Made by a program: the position numbers and the translations under genes
Source of the DNA: Thermodesulfobacteriota bacterium
GTDB lineage: Bacteria; Desulfobacterota; Binatia; Bin18
DNA: 64,000 nt
Assembly: GCA_964291405.2 (NCBI GenBank)
Contig: OZ219926.1
Location: forward strand, 1,888,001-1,952,000
Reading direction: 5' to 3'
In this document: in pieces, positions 48,147 through 58,275 of the stretch
Numbering within the stretch: position 1 is the first letter of the stretch
Layout: every line of letters begins with the position of its first letter
Notes under the pieces: model-generated
Told to the model about the DNA's origin: nothing
Database searches by the model: none
What the model saw: only the letters and a program-made list of their open reading frames with translations

Positions 48147-48761
48147 CTACTTGCCCACCGCCTTGGCCCGCTCAAGCGAGGGCCGGGCATAACACGCCTC
48201 TGCCCAGCGCTGCACGTTGGTGTAGGCCGAAGAATCGAATTTTACCATCGATAGCAGCATCATCACCCCGGATACGTTGAGATCGGCGATGCTAAAGGCA
48301 TCACCAACCAGCCAGTCTTTATTGGCCAAGGTGTCGTCAAGCACCTTCAGGGGTCGGGCCAGCGTTTTCTCGGCGGCAGCGAGAACCGCCGCACTCCGCT
48401 TTTCCTCGGGCGTAAAAAACTTTTGGACCACGATGTCCATCTGGGGTGGCTCGATCTCGGTCATGACCCACACACTCCATTGCCAGACCAGGGCTTCATT
48501 GGCAGGATTGCTAGGGTAGAGATCGCCACCGTAGGTTTTGGCCAAATAGAGATTGATCGCCATGGACTCAAACAGGGTCACATCGCCATCTTGCAAGGCG
48601 GGAATACGACCGTTGGGATTCACCGCCAGATACTCCGGCGTTTTCGACTCGTCCATGAAGTTGACCGAGACGTGCTCATACTCAACGCCCACTTCCTCAA
48701 TCGCCCAGAGCGAACGTATCGCCCGCGAGCCAGGAATCCCGTACAGCTTAGGTTTTGCCAT
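48147..48761 (-). CDS. Glutathione S-transferase
   Basis: SRA, NPNGRIPAL, ESMAINLYL, FSIADL. Confidence 0.93.
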   Translation of the reverse strand: MAKPKLYGIPGSRAIRSLWAIEEVGVEYEHVSVNFMDESKTPEYLAVNPNGRIPALQDGDVTLFESMAINLYLAKTYGGDLYPSNPANEALVWQWSVWVMTEIEPPQMDIVVQKFFTPEEKRSAAVLAAAEKTLARPLKVLDDTLANKDWLVGDAFSIADLNVSGVMMLLSMVKFDSSAYTNVQRWAEACYARPSLERAKAVGK

Positions 48762-48902
48762 GTTTGCGTTCCTTTCCGTTGCTTTTTACCGAGACGTATC
48801 ATTTTATCCGGTCAACGTCTGCCCGGTGGCACGCCCATACGCGGACCTACGACAGCGACTCGATAATCTGGTATATCGATATGTCAGTAAAGGAGACGCC
48901 CG

Positions 48903-49484
48903 ATGAGTCAGATCCGAGATGAAGTCCTCGCAGCCAACGCCGCCTACGCCAAGGATTTTGGCAAGAAAGCCGAATTACCAGCCCCGCCCGGCAGACGTTT
49001 TGCCATTCTGACCTGTATGGATGCCCGGCTCGATCCGGCAAAATACGCCGGCCTGGCGGAGGGCGACGCGCATGTGATCCGCAACGCGGGGGGACGGGCG
49101 AGTGACGACGCCATCCGCTCCTTCGTGATCTCGTATAAACTCCTGGGAACGCGGGAGTGGTTCGTCATTCATCATACGCAGTGTGGTATGGCGACCTTCA
49201 CCGATGAGGTGATGCGCAGTCTCCTCGCCAGCAGCCTCCAGACCGCAACGATGGGCGCTTCGGGCTGGCAGGATTCCGGTCAGGGCCCCGGTTCGACAGA
49301 GGGGAGCTATATCGATTGGCTGACGATCTCCGGTAGCACAAAAAGTCTGGTCGAAGATGTCACGCGCATCCGCAATCACCCCTTGGTTCCCGGCGACATT
49401 CCCATTTACGGCTATATCTACGACGTCAAAACGGGCAGGCTTGAAGAGGCGCCTGAGGCAACGGAAGCAGGGACAGTGCGGTAA
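48903..49484 (+). CDS. Beta-class carbonic anhydrase, clade D-like (COS/CS2 hydrolase-related)
   Basis: [34 protein letters not shown]. Confidence 0.9.
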   Translation: MSQIRDEVLAANAAYAKDFGKKAELPAPPGRRFAILTCMDARLDPAKYAGLAEGDAHVIRNAGGRASDDAIRSFVISYKLLGTREWFVIHHTQCGMATFTDEVMRSLLASSLQTATMGASGWQDSGQGPGSTEGSYIDWLTISGSTKSLVEDVTRIRNHPLVPGDIPIYGYIYDVKTGRLEEAPEATEAGTVR

Positions 49485-51662
49485 ATGGACGATCCCAAGA
49501 ACACAAAGGCCAGTACCGGCTACTGTGAACCCCTCTCACTCCGCGCCGGGGAAACAATCCGCTGTATGGCCTCCAGCCACACGCCCGGTCCTGCCCGACT
49601 CGATCTCGTCCGTATTATCTGTGGCGACCCAACCCGGAGCGGACCCGGCTTCAAAGAAATAGAAGTCCCGAGCAATCTGCCCACCGAGGTCACACTTACT
49701 GAGCAGGGTTTACAGCCCGGCTCTTACGGCGAAGTCGACTTGTCGGGTTTCTCGGTCACACGACAGACGAAATTTAAGATTCACCTCTTTGCGACGCGAC
49801 CAGACCAAGATCAGACCCTGTTTTCTGTCATCGGTGAATCTGGACCGCTGCTGGTGCTGACACTGGCGAAGAGGCGTCTTGTGACTCGTATTGGGGAAAC
49901 CGAGTTGACCCTGCGCGAGCAACCACTCCAGGCCAAGCGCTGGTACCAGGTCGAAATCGCCGCAGACCTGAAGGACGGCACTGTCACGGGAACACTCACC
50001 CCGCAGCCAAGTCGTTCACCTGGCCAAGACGTCTTTGAGCGATTCGAGCCTCATACCGTAAGCACCGTCATGAGCGCAGAACCAACGGGGTCGCCCCAAT
50101 GCTGTTTGTTCGCGGCTTCATCCGAGGGTGCTCACTTCGACGGTCGCCTTGCCAGACCCGTACTGACACTTGATGCGACGACCCTGGAATGGGACTTCTC
50201 CAAAGACATGGGAGGGAGGCAGATCGTTGACGTCAGTGGCAATGAACGCCACGGTCTCCTCCACCAGCTTCCCGCGCGAGCGGTCACGGGTCCCGATTGG
50301 GACGGCAGCCATCACGCCTGGACCGCTATGCCCTCGCATTATGACGCCATTCATTTTCATAGTGACGATATATATGACGCCGCCTGGCCGGTCACAGCAG
50401 AACTGACTGTACCGGCCGATCTTGCCAGCGGCATCTATGCCTTCCGCCTCCGAACCGCTCATGGCCAGGATCGGATACCGTTTTTCGTTCGTCCCGCCCA
50501 GCATGCGCCAACGGCCGATGTCGCCCTGCTCATGTCCTCATTCACCTATATGGCCTACGCGAATCATCGGATGCTGTTCGAAGGCGCAGACTTTATCGCC
50601 ACGCGATCCCGACTGCGGCCTGAGCATGAATACCTGCGCCACCATCCCGAAGTTGGTCGATCTACATACGAGAAACACACGGATGGCAGTGGCGTCATGT
50701 TCAGTTCTCGACGCCGCCCGGTTCTCCAACTCCGGCCTGGGGCGGACGGTTGGAATTTCACCCCGGATACGGATATTAACGCCTTCCTCGACCATCTCCA
50801 GGTTGGTCACGATATCCTCGCTGACGAAGATGTCCATGCCGAAGGGATTGACGCGCTGACTCCGTACCGGGTCATTGTGACCGGGACTCATCCGGAGTAT
50901 TGGTCAACCCGGACGCTCGACACTCTTGAAGAATGGCTGCGGCGTGGCGGGCGGTTGATGTATCTCGGAGGCAACGGATTTTATTGGCGGGTCGCGCTGA
51001 GCGACGCCTGGCCTGGGGCAGTCGAATTACGGCGGGCTGAGGATGGCGTGCGTAACTGGCAAACCGAACCAGGAGAGTCTTACCACGCCTTTACGGGTGA
51101 GTACGGCGGCTTGTGGCGGCGTTTAGGCCGGGCGCCGAATACCCTCGTAGGGGTGGGATTTGCCGCTCAGGGATTTAAACGGGCCATCGGCTATAGGCGG
51201 AGTCCAGAGAGCTATACCTCTCGTGCCGCGTGGATCTTTGAAGGTGTGACGGATGAAGAGATTGGTACCTCAGGGCTCGGCGGCGGTGCTGCCGGTCAGG
51301 AGGTTGACCGCTATAGCCAAACGCTCGGTTCCCCCGTCCACGCCGTTATCCTTGCTTCCGCAACCGAGTTTGGGCCTGACATGACCCGGACCAAAGAAGA
51401 GCTACAGGCCTCGACCATCGTGCCCTCCCCCGATCCGGTCGTCCGGGCAGATTTGGTGTTTTTTGAAACACCGGCCGGCGGGGCCGTGTTTTCAGTTGGT
51501 TCGATTTCATGGTTTGGCGCGCTTGCTCGCGACGGCTATGACAACGATATCGCTCAGATCACTGCCAATGTAGTGCACCGCTTTGCCGATCCGACCCCCT
51601 TCGCTCTACCGGAATCCGGGCCGTCTGAGCAGAGAGAAGCTCCTGAGTCGTTGCCCCAATAA
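49485..51662 (+). CDS. N,N-dimethylformamidase large (beta) subunit family protein
   Basis: RIICGDP, AIHFHSDD, TYMAYAN, STYEKHTDGSGV, GTHPEYWS, YLGGNGFYW, GAVFSVGSI. Confidence 0.9.
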   Translation: MDDPKNTKASTGYCEPLSLRAGETIRCMASSHTPGPARLDLVRIICGDPTRSGPGFKEIEVPSNLPTEVTLTEQGLQPGSYGEVDLSGFSVTRQTKFKIHLFATRPDQDQTLFSVIGESGPLLVLTLAKRRLVTRIGETELTLREQPLQAKRWYQVEIAADLKDGTVTGTLTPQPSRSPGQDVFERFEPHTVSTVMSAEPTGSPQCCLFAASSEGAHFDGRLARPVLTLDATTLEWDFSKDMGGRQIVDVSGNERHGLLHQLPARAVTGPDWDGSHHAWTAMPSHYDAIHFHSDDIYDAAWPVTAELTVPADLASGIYAFRLRTAHGQDRIPFFVRPAQHAPTADVALLMSSFTYMAYANHRMLFEGADFIATRSRLRPEHEYLRHHPEVGRSTYEKHTDGSGVMFSSRRRPVLQLRPGADGWNFTPDTDINAFLDHLQVGHDILADEDVHAEGIDALTPYRVIVTGTHPEYWSTRTLDTLEEWLRRGGRLMYLGGNGFYWRVALSDAWPGAVELRRAEDGVRNWQTEPGESYHAFTGEYGGLWRRLGRAPNTLVGVGFAAQGFKRAIGYRRSPESYTSRAAWIFEGVTDEEIGTSGLGGGAAGQEVDRYSQTLGSPVHAVILASATEFGPDMTRTKEELQASTIVPSPDPVVRADLVFFETPAGGAVFSVGSISWFGALARDGYDNDIAQITANVVHRFADPTPFALPESGPSEQREAPESLPQ

Positions 51663-51674
51663 AGGAGGAAGCAG

Positions 51675-53741
51675 ATGAGCACGTCGGCACAGCAATCACA
51701 AAGTCCCGATCTGTCACGCGTGTGGGAGCCGCTGAAGCTCGGCAATCTCACGCTGCGGAATCGGATTCTGCAACCCGCCCATAGCTCGCAGCACGGTGAC
51801 CCGCGCGACCATGTTTTCTCTGACCGACAGATCGCGTATTTTCGCGAGCGCGCCAAAGGTGGCGTTGCGCTGTGCATTACCGAAACCGTTGCGGCCGCCC
51901 GGAGTGCGCTAGGCTCGTTTTTCCATATTGTTGATGTCTGGAGCGAGAGTTGTATTCCGTCCATGAGCAAGTTGGCCGACGCCGTGCATCAGCAGGGTGC
52001 CAGCATCTTTGTCCAGCTCGCCTCAATGGGCGTCCATGATCGCGGCCGGATGTTCATCGACCGCAACAAACCCATCTGGGGCGCGTCGCGGATCCCCTCG
52101 GTCGTACACAATGAAATCCCCCTTGTGATGGGGCCTGACGAGATCGCGGAATTAACGCGTGACTTTGGGCAGTCGGCGGCAAACGTCAAGCGCGCCGGGC
52201 TTGATGGAGTCGAGTTGCACGGGGCGCATAGTTACGGCCTGGGCCAGTTTATGAGTCCGACCTATAATAAGCGCGACGACGCGTACGGCGGGACGCCGGC
52301 CAAGCGCTGTCAACTGCTCATCGAATGCGCCGAGCAAGTGCGTAAGCGGGTTGGGACTGATTTTGTAGTGGGGGTCCGGCTGTCGTGGGATGAATTCCTT
52401 GGCCCCGAAGGCGGGATTACCCCGGAGCAGGCAGAAGAACAGGTCGAGGTGCTGGCGGCGACCGGCTTGTTTGACTTCTTCAACATCTCGGCCGGGGGCT
52501 ATCACACGCTCCATCTGGCGCTGCCCAGTATGGAAGGGGACGAGCCGGATGGCTGGCTGGCGCCGTTCAGCAAACGCGCCAAAGAAATCGTTGGCGACCG
52601 TGGCAAGGTCTTTGTTGTGGGCAAGGTCCGGGATCTCCGGACGGCTGAGGCGATATTGGAAAGCGACGCGGCAGACATGGTCGCGATGGCCAGACAGCTT
52701 CTGACTGACCCCTTTACGGTGAAAAAGACGCGCGAAGGCCGCGAACACGAAATCATCCGCTGTAACCGGTGTAATGAGTGCGGCGCGCGGCTGTTTGAAC
52801 ACCGCGAACTCATCTGCACCCTGAATCCGGTCAGCGGCAGAGAAGCCTACTGGGGAGAGGGTTCACTGCAGAGCGTCTCGGAGGCAGACCAAAAGCATAT
52901 TGTAGTCATCGGTGGCGGGCCCGCCGGGATGAAAGCCGCCGCAGTTGCCGCCAAGCGCGGTCACGCGGTCACCTTGCTTGAACGCGCTGACCGGTTAGGC
53001 GGCCATTTACGTGTGCTTGAACAACTGCCGGGCCTGACCGCCTGGTCGATTGCGATCGACAACCTGGAGCGGGAGGTCGAAAATACAGGGGTCGAGGTCC
53101 AGTGTGGCGTTGAGGTCACACCCCAATCACTGCGGAATATCGAGGCATCGAGCATTGTGGTTGCAACCGGCGCCTCTTACGAACGCACCGGCGAGAGCCT
53201 CTATCGTCCTGAGCGCCAAGCCATTCCCGGAACTGATCTCTCCCACGTGCTTGATGTTGGTACGGCAACCAAGCGGGTCCTCGAAGACACCCAGGCGCTC
53301 GGCTCACGCGTGCTCATCCTGGATGAAACGGGCAGCCATTTGCCTTTTGCCCTGGCCCAGGTGCTGGCCAAAGCAGGAGTCGGGGTCGAGGTCCTCAGCC
53401 CGCGTATGTTTGCCGGCGAACGCCTCTTTCGCAACCTGGATATCATGTATATCTTCCCGAGACTAAAGAAGCTGGGCATTCGGATTACCCAGCAATATTT
53501 TGTCGAAGCGATCCGTCCTGGCGAAGTCGATGTGTATGATATCTGGGTCGGGCCGGAAGTGCTGGAAACCCGTGAGCGGATCGATAGCGTGGTGATGTCG
53601 ATTCTTCGCGCGCCAAACGATCAACTCTATGTTGCGGCCAAAGACTCTTTCCCGGAAGTCGTCAGAATCGGCGATGTGGCTGCCCCACGAGATGTGACGG
53701 CTGCCATTTTTGATGGCGAGCAATGTGGGCGCGAACTATAG
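51675..53741 (+). CDS. OYE-family FMN/4Fe-4S/nucleotide-binding oxidoreductase (TMADH/DCR-like)
   Basis: ERAKGG, DGVELHGAHSY, NKRDDAYGG, CNRCNEC-x11-C, IGGGPAG, IGD..AP. Confidence 0.9.
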   Translation: MSTSAQQSQSPDLSRVWEPLKLGNLTLRNRILQPAHSSQHGDPRDHVFSDRQIAYFRERAKGGVALCITETVAAARSALGSFFHIVDVWSESCIPSMSKLADAVHQQGASIFVQLASMGVHDRGRMFIDRNKPIWGASRIPSVVHNEIPLVMGPDEIAELTRDFGQSAANVKRAGLDGVELHGAHSYGLGQFMSPTYNKRDDAYGGTPAKRCQLLIECAEQVRKRVGTDFVVGVRLSWDEFLGPEGGITPEQAEEQVEVLAATGLFDFFNISAGGYHTLHLALPSMEGDEPDGWLAPFSKRAKEIVGDRGKVFVVGKVRDLRTAEAILESDAADMVAMARQLLTDPFTVKKTREGREHEIIRCNRCNECGARLFEHRELICTLNPVSGREAYWGEGSLQSVSEADQKHIVVIGGGPAGMKAAAVAAKRGHAVTLLERADRLGGHLRVLEQLPGLTAWSIAIDNLEREVENTGVEVQCGVEVTPQSLRNIEASSIVVATGASYERTGESLYRPERQAIPGTDLSHVLDVGTATKRVLEDTQALGSRVLILDETGSHLPFALAQVLAKAGVGVEVLSPRMFAGERLFRNLDIMYIFPRLKKLGIRITQQYFVEAIRPGEVDVYDIWVGPEVLETRERIDSVVMSILRAPNDQLYVAAKDSFPEVVRIGDVAAPRDVTAAIFDGEQCGREL

Positions 53742-53817
53742 GAGTCGCAGGCTTGCCAAAACGGAAGAATTCGACATCAAGCCTAAGAGAGAACCAAGAG
53801 TAAAGGAAGATTACACT

Positions 53818-55908
53818 ATGAGTCATTCGGTTACCTATACCAAAGAGGACGGCATCGGCATCATTACCGTCAACAATCCACCCGTGAACGCGCTGAGCCA
53901 GCATGTTCGCCAGGGCCTGTTGGAGAGCTTTACTGAAGCCGGTAAAGACGACACCATCGCGACGGTTCTCATTTGCGCCGGTCGGACTTTTATCGCCGGT
54001 GCGGACATTACCGAATTCGGTAAACCGCTCCAGCCGCCGAATTTTCTCGATACCATGGAGATTATTGAGAATCTCTCCAAGCCGGTCGTGGCGGCCATTC
54101 ACGGCACGGCCCTGGGCGGCGGCTTCGAAACCGCGCTATGCTGCCATTATCGCGTTGCGCTGCCCTCCGCGCGGGTTGGGCTGCCTGAGGTCACCCTCGG
54201 ATTGTTACCCGGTGGCGGCGGGACCCAGCGCCTGCCGCGTCTGATCGGTCCCGAGGCCGCCCTTGAGGTCATCACCTCAGGCGCGCCGATGCGGGCCGGC
54301 CAGGCGCAAAGTGTTGGTGTGATTGACGAAATCGTTGACGAGGGCAGTCTGCTCGACGGGGCAAAAGCCTTTGCCCGCAAGCTCGTCGCGGACGGGGCCG
54401 CACTCAAAAAAGTGCGAGACCTGAGCGACAAGGTCACTGGCGTTGACCTGGCCATCTTTGACGCCGCCCGCAAACAGGCCGGCAAGACGCGGCGCGGCTT
54501 TGAGGCACCCCAGCGCTGTATCGATTGTGTCGAGGCGGCCTGCACCCTGCCGTTTGATGAAGGTCTAGCCAAAGAGCAGGAACTCTTCCGCCAGGTCCTG
54601 ACCAGCCAGCAGTCGGCCGCTCAACGCCATATTTTCTTTGCCGAGCGGGCCGCAGCGAAAGTCGGCGACATGCCGAAAGGCACCCCGACCCGTACCATTC
54701 AAAAAGTTGGGATCGTTGGGGCCGGCACGATGGGCGGCGGCATTGCCATGAACTTTGCCAATGCGGGTATCCCGGTCACCATCCTCGAAACCGGCCAGGA
54801 ATTTCTGGACAAAGGTTTAGCAGTAGTACGCAGCAACTATGAACGCAGCGCCAAGCGAGGCCGCTTCACGCCGGAACAGGTCGAGGAGCGCATGGGGCTC
54901 ATTACGCCGACTCTGGACTCCGCGGCCCTCCGCGAGGTGGACATGGTTGTGGAAGCCGTGTTCGAGAACATGGAGGTCAAAAAGCAAGTCTTCGCTCAAT
55001 TGGATACAGCCACCAAGCCCGAGTGTATCCTGGCGACCAATACGTCTACACTCAACGTCGATGAAATTGCTTCGGTGACTACGCGCCCGGACAAGGTTAT
55101 CGGTACGCATTTCTTCAGCCCGGCCAATGTCATGCGCCTGCTCGAAATCGTCCGCGGCGACAAGACGAGCTTTGAGACCCTGGCCACGACCCAGGCGGTC
55201 GGTAAGGCCATTCAAAAAACCGGCGTGGTGGTTGGGGTGTGTGACGGCTTTGTCGGCAACCGCATGCTGCACAAATACAGCGCGCAGGCCCAGTACCTGC
55301 TGGAAGAGGGGAGCTTGCCCCAAGATGTGGATGGCGCGGTCTACGACCTGGGTCTGGCCATGGGGCCGTTTGCCATGGGCGACCTGGCCGGTCTCGATGT
55401 GGGCTGGCGCATTCGACAGGGGAAAGGCCTGCCGGACAGCCTGCCCGCAGGCGAGCGCTACTGCGCGATCCCCGACCGCATCTGTGAGCAGGGACGCTAC
55501 GGTCAAAAGACCGGCGCCGGGTATTACACCTACGCACCTGGTGATCGCACCCCCCGGCCCGACCCGGCCATTGAGGAGTTGATTGTCAACTACTCCAAAG
55601 AAAAAGGGATGACGCGGCGGCCCATCAGTCGTGAGGAAATCGTCGAGCGATTAATGTACGCCCTGGTGAACGAGGGAGCCAAGATTCTGGAAGAAGGCAT
55701 TGCCCAGCGCGCCAGCGATATCGATGTCATCTACGTCTATGGCTATGGCTTCCCGGCCTATCTTGGTGGTCCCATGTTTTACGCTGACACTATCGGTCTC
55801 AAAAAGGTGTATGAACGCGTCTGCGCCTTTGCCGAACATGACCCCTCGTCCTGGCAACCGGCGCCACTGCTCCAGAAACTGGCCGAAGAGGGCGGAACGT
55901 TTCATTAA
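53818..55908 (+). CDS. Bifunctional enoyl-CoA hydratase/3-hydroxyacyl-CoA dehydrogenase (FadB-like)
   Basis: [47 protein letters not shown]. Confidence 0.95.
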   Translation: MSHSVTYTKEDGIGIITVNNPPVNALSQHVRQGLLESFTEAGKDDTIATVLICAGRTFIAGADITEFGKPLQPPNFLDTMEIIENLSKPVVAAIHGTALGGGFETALCCHYRVALPSARVGLPEVTLGLLPGGGGTQRLPRLIGPEAALEVITSGAPMRAGQAQSVGVIDEIVDEGSLLDGAKAFARKLVADGAALKKVRDLSDKVTGVDLAIFDAARKQAGKTRRGFEAPQRCIDCVEAACTLPFDEGLAKEQELFRQVLTSQQSAAQRHIFFAERAAAKVGDMPKGTPTRTIQKVGIVGAGTMGGGIAMNFANAGIPVTILETGQEFLDKGLAVVRSNYERSAKRGRFTPEQVEERMGLITPTLDSAALREVDMVVEAVFENMEVKKQVFAQLDTATKPECILATNTSTLNVDEIASVTTRPDKVIGTHFFSPANVMRLLEIVRGDKTSFETLATTQAVGKAIQKTGVVVGVCDGFVGNRMLHKYSAQAQYLLEEGSLPQDVDGAVYDLGLAMGPFAMGDLAGLDVGWRIRQGKGLPDSLPAGERYCAIPDRICEQGRYGQKTGAGYYTYAPGDRTPRPDPAIEELIVNYSKEKGMTRRPISREEIVERLMYALVNEGAKILEEGIAQRASDIDVIYVYGYGFPAYLGGPMFYADTIGLKKVYERVCAFAEHDPSSWQPAPLLQKLAEEGGTFH

Positions 55909-55932
55909 AAAAGGGCGACGCCAGCGTCGCCC
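55907..55932 (-). terminator. Intrinsic terminator
   Basis: AAAAAA-GGGCGACG-CCAG-CGTCGCCC; the U-tract falls on the minus strand, between convergent genes. Confidence 0.7.
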
Positions 55933-56133
55933 CTACCGTGCCGAGGAGTTCTTCTTCTTCGACGTGGGCCAGAGCATCACGACCCAATAACACACAACGC
56001 CGAGCACTACCGTTGCCCCGAGCGGCAGGCCCAACTCCGCCGGTCCGAAGCCCCTATGGGCATAGGCCCAAGACGGCATCAGATACGGCAGTATAAGCGC
56101 CCACGCGATCAATATCAGTGTGATGCCGTGCAT
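55933..56133 (-). CDS. Small membrane protein (66 aa)
   Basis: GGAGG RBS. Signal-like segment ending AYA-H, a second TM, and a basic tail. Confidence 0.55.
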   Translation of the reverse strand: MHGITLILIAWALILPYLMPSWAYAHRGFGPAELGLPLGATVVLGVVCYWVVMLWPTSKKKNSSAR

Positions 56134-56244
56134 ATCAGCCTCCCCGCGTACCGTTCTCTTCTCGGAGCCGTGGCTCGGATTGAACGCTTCGTGGTATTGG
56201 AGAATCGTACCTATCGATATATCTGGCAAGGAGCGTAGGGAGCA

Positions 56245-57534
56245 ATGGATCAACACCAGTTCAACCAAGCTCTGACCGAATTCTTAGCAGCATCACCAAC
56301 CCCGTTCCACGCGGTCGCCCAGATGGCCGCACGGCTGTCGAGTGCAGGCTTTGAGCGCCTGGACGAGTCCGAGGCGTGGCAGCTCGTTCCAGGGGGTCGC
56401 TATTGGCTCAGCCGTAACGACTCGTCCATTATTGCCTGGAGGATGCCGACGCGCTGTGCCTTGTCCGAGAGTGGCTTTCGCATGGTCGGCGCCCACACGG
56501 ATTCCCCATGCCTGAAGGTCAAGCCCCAGCCCGAACTGCATCGCCACGGCTATGTGCAACTCGGGGTCGAGGTGTATGGCGGCGCATTGCTCAACCCCTG
56601 GTTTGATCGTGATTTATCGATTGCCGGGCGAGTCAGCTATCTGAGTCAGCGGAACGAGGTGGCTCACGCGCTGCTCGACTTCACCCAAGCGGTAGCCGTC
56701 ATTCCCAGCCTGGCCATTCATCTCGACCGAGAGGCAAATAAGAGCCGCTCCATCAACGCCCAGACCTATCTGCCGCCCATTCTCGGCCAGACTGACGAAA
56801 AGCCGGATTTCAAAGCGCTCCTGCACAAACGGCTCGAAGCGGACGGCGTCACCGACATGCGTCAGGTATTGGACTACGAACTGTTTTTCTATGACACCCA
56901 GCCGCCGCAGCTTGTCGGCCTGGCAAACGAGTTCATCACCTCGGCCCGCCTGGACAACCTGTTGAGCTGTTTTGTCGGTCTCCAGGCCCTGACGACAAGC
57001 GCGACCGAGCACGGCGCACTGCTAGTATGTAACGATCACGAAGAGGTCGGCAGTACGTCGGCGTCCGGTGCGTGTGGACCCATGCTGAAACACATGCTGG
57101 AGCGTGTCATGCCGGATGCGGAAGAACGCGGACGCGCCCTGGCCCGCTCCATGCTGATCTCGACCGACAATGCCCACGGTGTGCACCCAAACTTTTCCGA
57201 CCGGCACGACGACAACCACGGCCCCCGCCTCAACCACGGCGTAGTCATTAAACTCAACGCCAACCAGCGCTATGCGAGCAATAGCGAGACCAGCGCCATC
57301 CTGCACAAACTGGCCGCGGACACGGATGTACCGGTCCAGGCATTTGTCGTACGCAGCGACATGGCCTGCGGCAGCACCATCGGACCACTGACCGCGGCCG
57401 AGATTGGAGTACGAACCATAGATGTCGGCGTCCCGCAGTGGGCGATGCATTCCATTCGGGAAGTCGCGGGGACCGCCGACGCGTTTCATCTGCACCGGAT
57501 ATTGCAGCGCTTTTTCGATACGGAGCGGATCTGA
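56245..57534 (+). CDS. M18 family aminopeptidase (aspartyl aminopeptidase)
   Basis: SPTPFHAV, GAHTDSP, EVYGG, WFDRDL, RLDNL, DHEEVGS, CGSTIGP, MHSIRE. Confidence 0.95.
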   Translation: MDQHQFNQALTEFLAASPTPFHAVAQMAARLSSAGFERLDESEAWQLVPGGRYWLSRNDSSIIAWRMPTRCALSESGFRMVGAHTDSPCLKVKPQPELHRHGYVQLGVEVYGGALLNPWFDRDLSIAGRVSYLSQRNEVAHALLDFTQAVAVIPSLAIHLDREANKSRSINAQTYLPPILGQTDEKPDFKALLHKRLEADGVTDMRQVLDYELFFYDTQPPQLVGLANEFITSARLDNLLSCFVGLQALTTSATEHGALLVCNDHEEVGSTSASGACGPMLKHMLERVMPDAEERGRALARSMLISTDNAHGVHPNFSDRHDDNHGPRLNHGVVIKLNANQRYASNSETSAILHKLAADTDVPVQAFVVRSDMACGSTIGPLTAAEIGVRTIDVGVPQWAMHSIREVAGTADAFHLHRILQRFFDTERI

Positions 57535-57537
57535 GCC

Positions 57538-57568
57538 TAGGGACATTTTTACTTGACCATGTCCCTAT
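57538..57568. promoter_or_regulatory. Inverted-repeat operator upstream of the TA operon
   Basis: TAGGGACAT...ATGTCCCTA around TTGACC, with repeated TGACCAT. Confidence 0.5.
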
Positions 57569-57612
57569 GACCATAGTAATGTTTTGGGTCCCGAAAAGAG
57601 CGCGAGGAAAAT

Positions 57613-57849
57613 ATGACTGAAACAGCAAAAAACGTATCCGCTTCGTATTTCAAAGCGCATTGCCTGGCGATTCTTGACGAGGTTGCGGAGACAGGCCTGC
57701 CGCTGATTGTGACCAAACGAGGGAAACCGCTTGCGAAGCTTGTTCCGCTCGATTCCGTTGAGCCGCCAAACCTGCTTGGCAGTGTGCGCTATCGGCGCGA
57801 GGCAGACCTCCTCTCTCCGGTTGAGGAATCCTGGGAAGTCGATTCGTGA
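57613..57849 (+). CDS. Phd/YefM antitoxin
   Basis: SASYFKAHCLAILDEV...IVTKRGKPLAKLVP. Confidence 0.9.
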   Translation: MTETAKNVSASYFKAHCLAILDEVAETGLPLIVTKRGKPLAKLVPLDSVEPPNLLGSVRYRREADLLSPVEESWEVDS

Positions 57850-58235
57850 TCGTCCTCGATACCCACGCCTGGATATGGTGGGTGAGCGATCCGGCGAAGC
57901 TATCACACAAAGCCCAGGCTGCCCTGCACTATGCAACGAGCATAGGCATCTGCCCGATCAGTTGCTGGGAGATTGCCACAAAAGTGGCACAAGGCAAGTT
58001 GACGCTTGACCGAGAAACCCGGGTCTGGATGCGACAAGCCCTGGCGCGTCCGGGCGTTGCGCTGATACCGATCTCCCCCGATATTGCCATTACCGCTGGG
58101 CAATTGGGTCAACAGGGATTCCACGGAGACCCCGCTGACCGACTCATTGTAGCCAGTGCGCTTCAGCACGGCGCTGAACTCATCACAAAGGACAGAAACA
58201 TCCGAACGTTTCCGCTTGTCCGGACCGTCTGGTGA
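57846..58235 (+). CDS. vapC: VapC PIN-domain toxin
   Basis: IVLDTHAWIW, ISCWEI, HGDPADRLIVA, LITKD. GTGA overlap with the antitoxin. Confidence 0.92.
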   Translation: MIVLDTHAWIWWVSDPAKLSHKAQAALHYATSIGICPISCWEIATKVAQGKLTLDRETRVWMRQALARPGVALIPISPDIAITAGQLGQQGFHGDPADRLIVASALQHGAELITKDRNIRTFPLVRTVW

Positions 58236-58275
58236 TCTCTCACAAACGGACGAACGGCTCGGAACCGCTCGCCCC

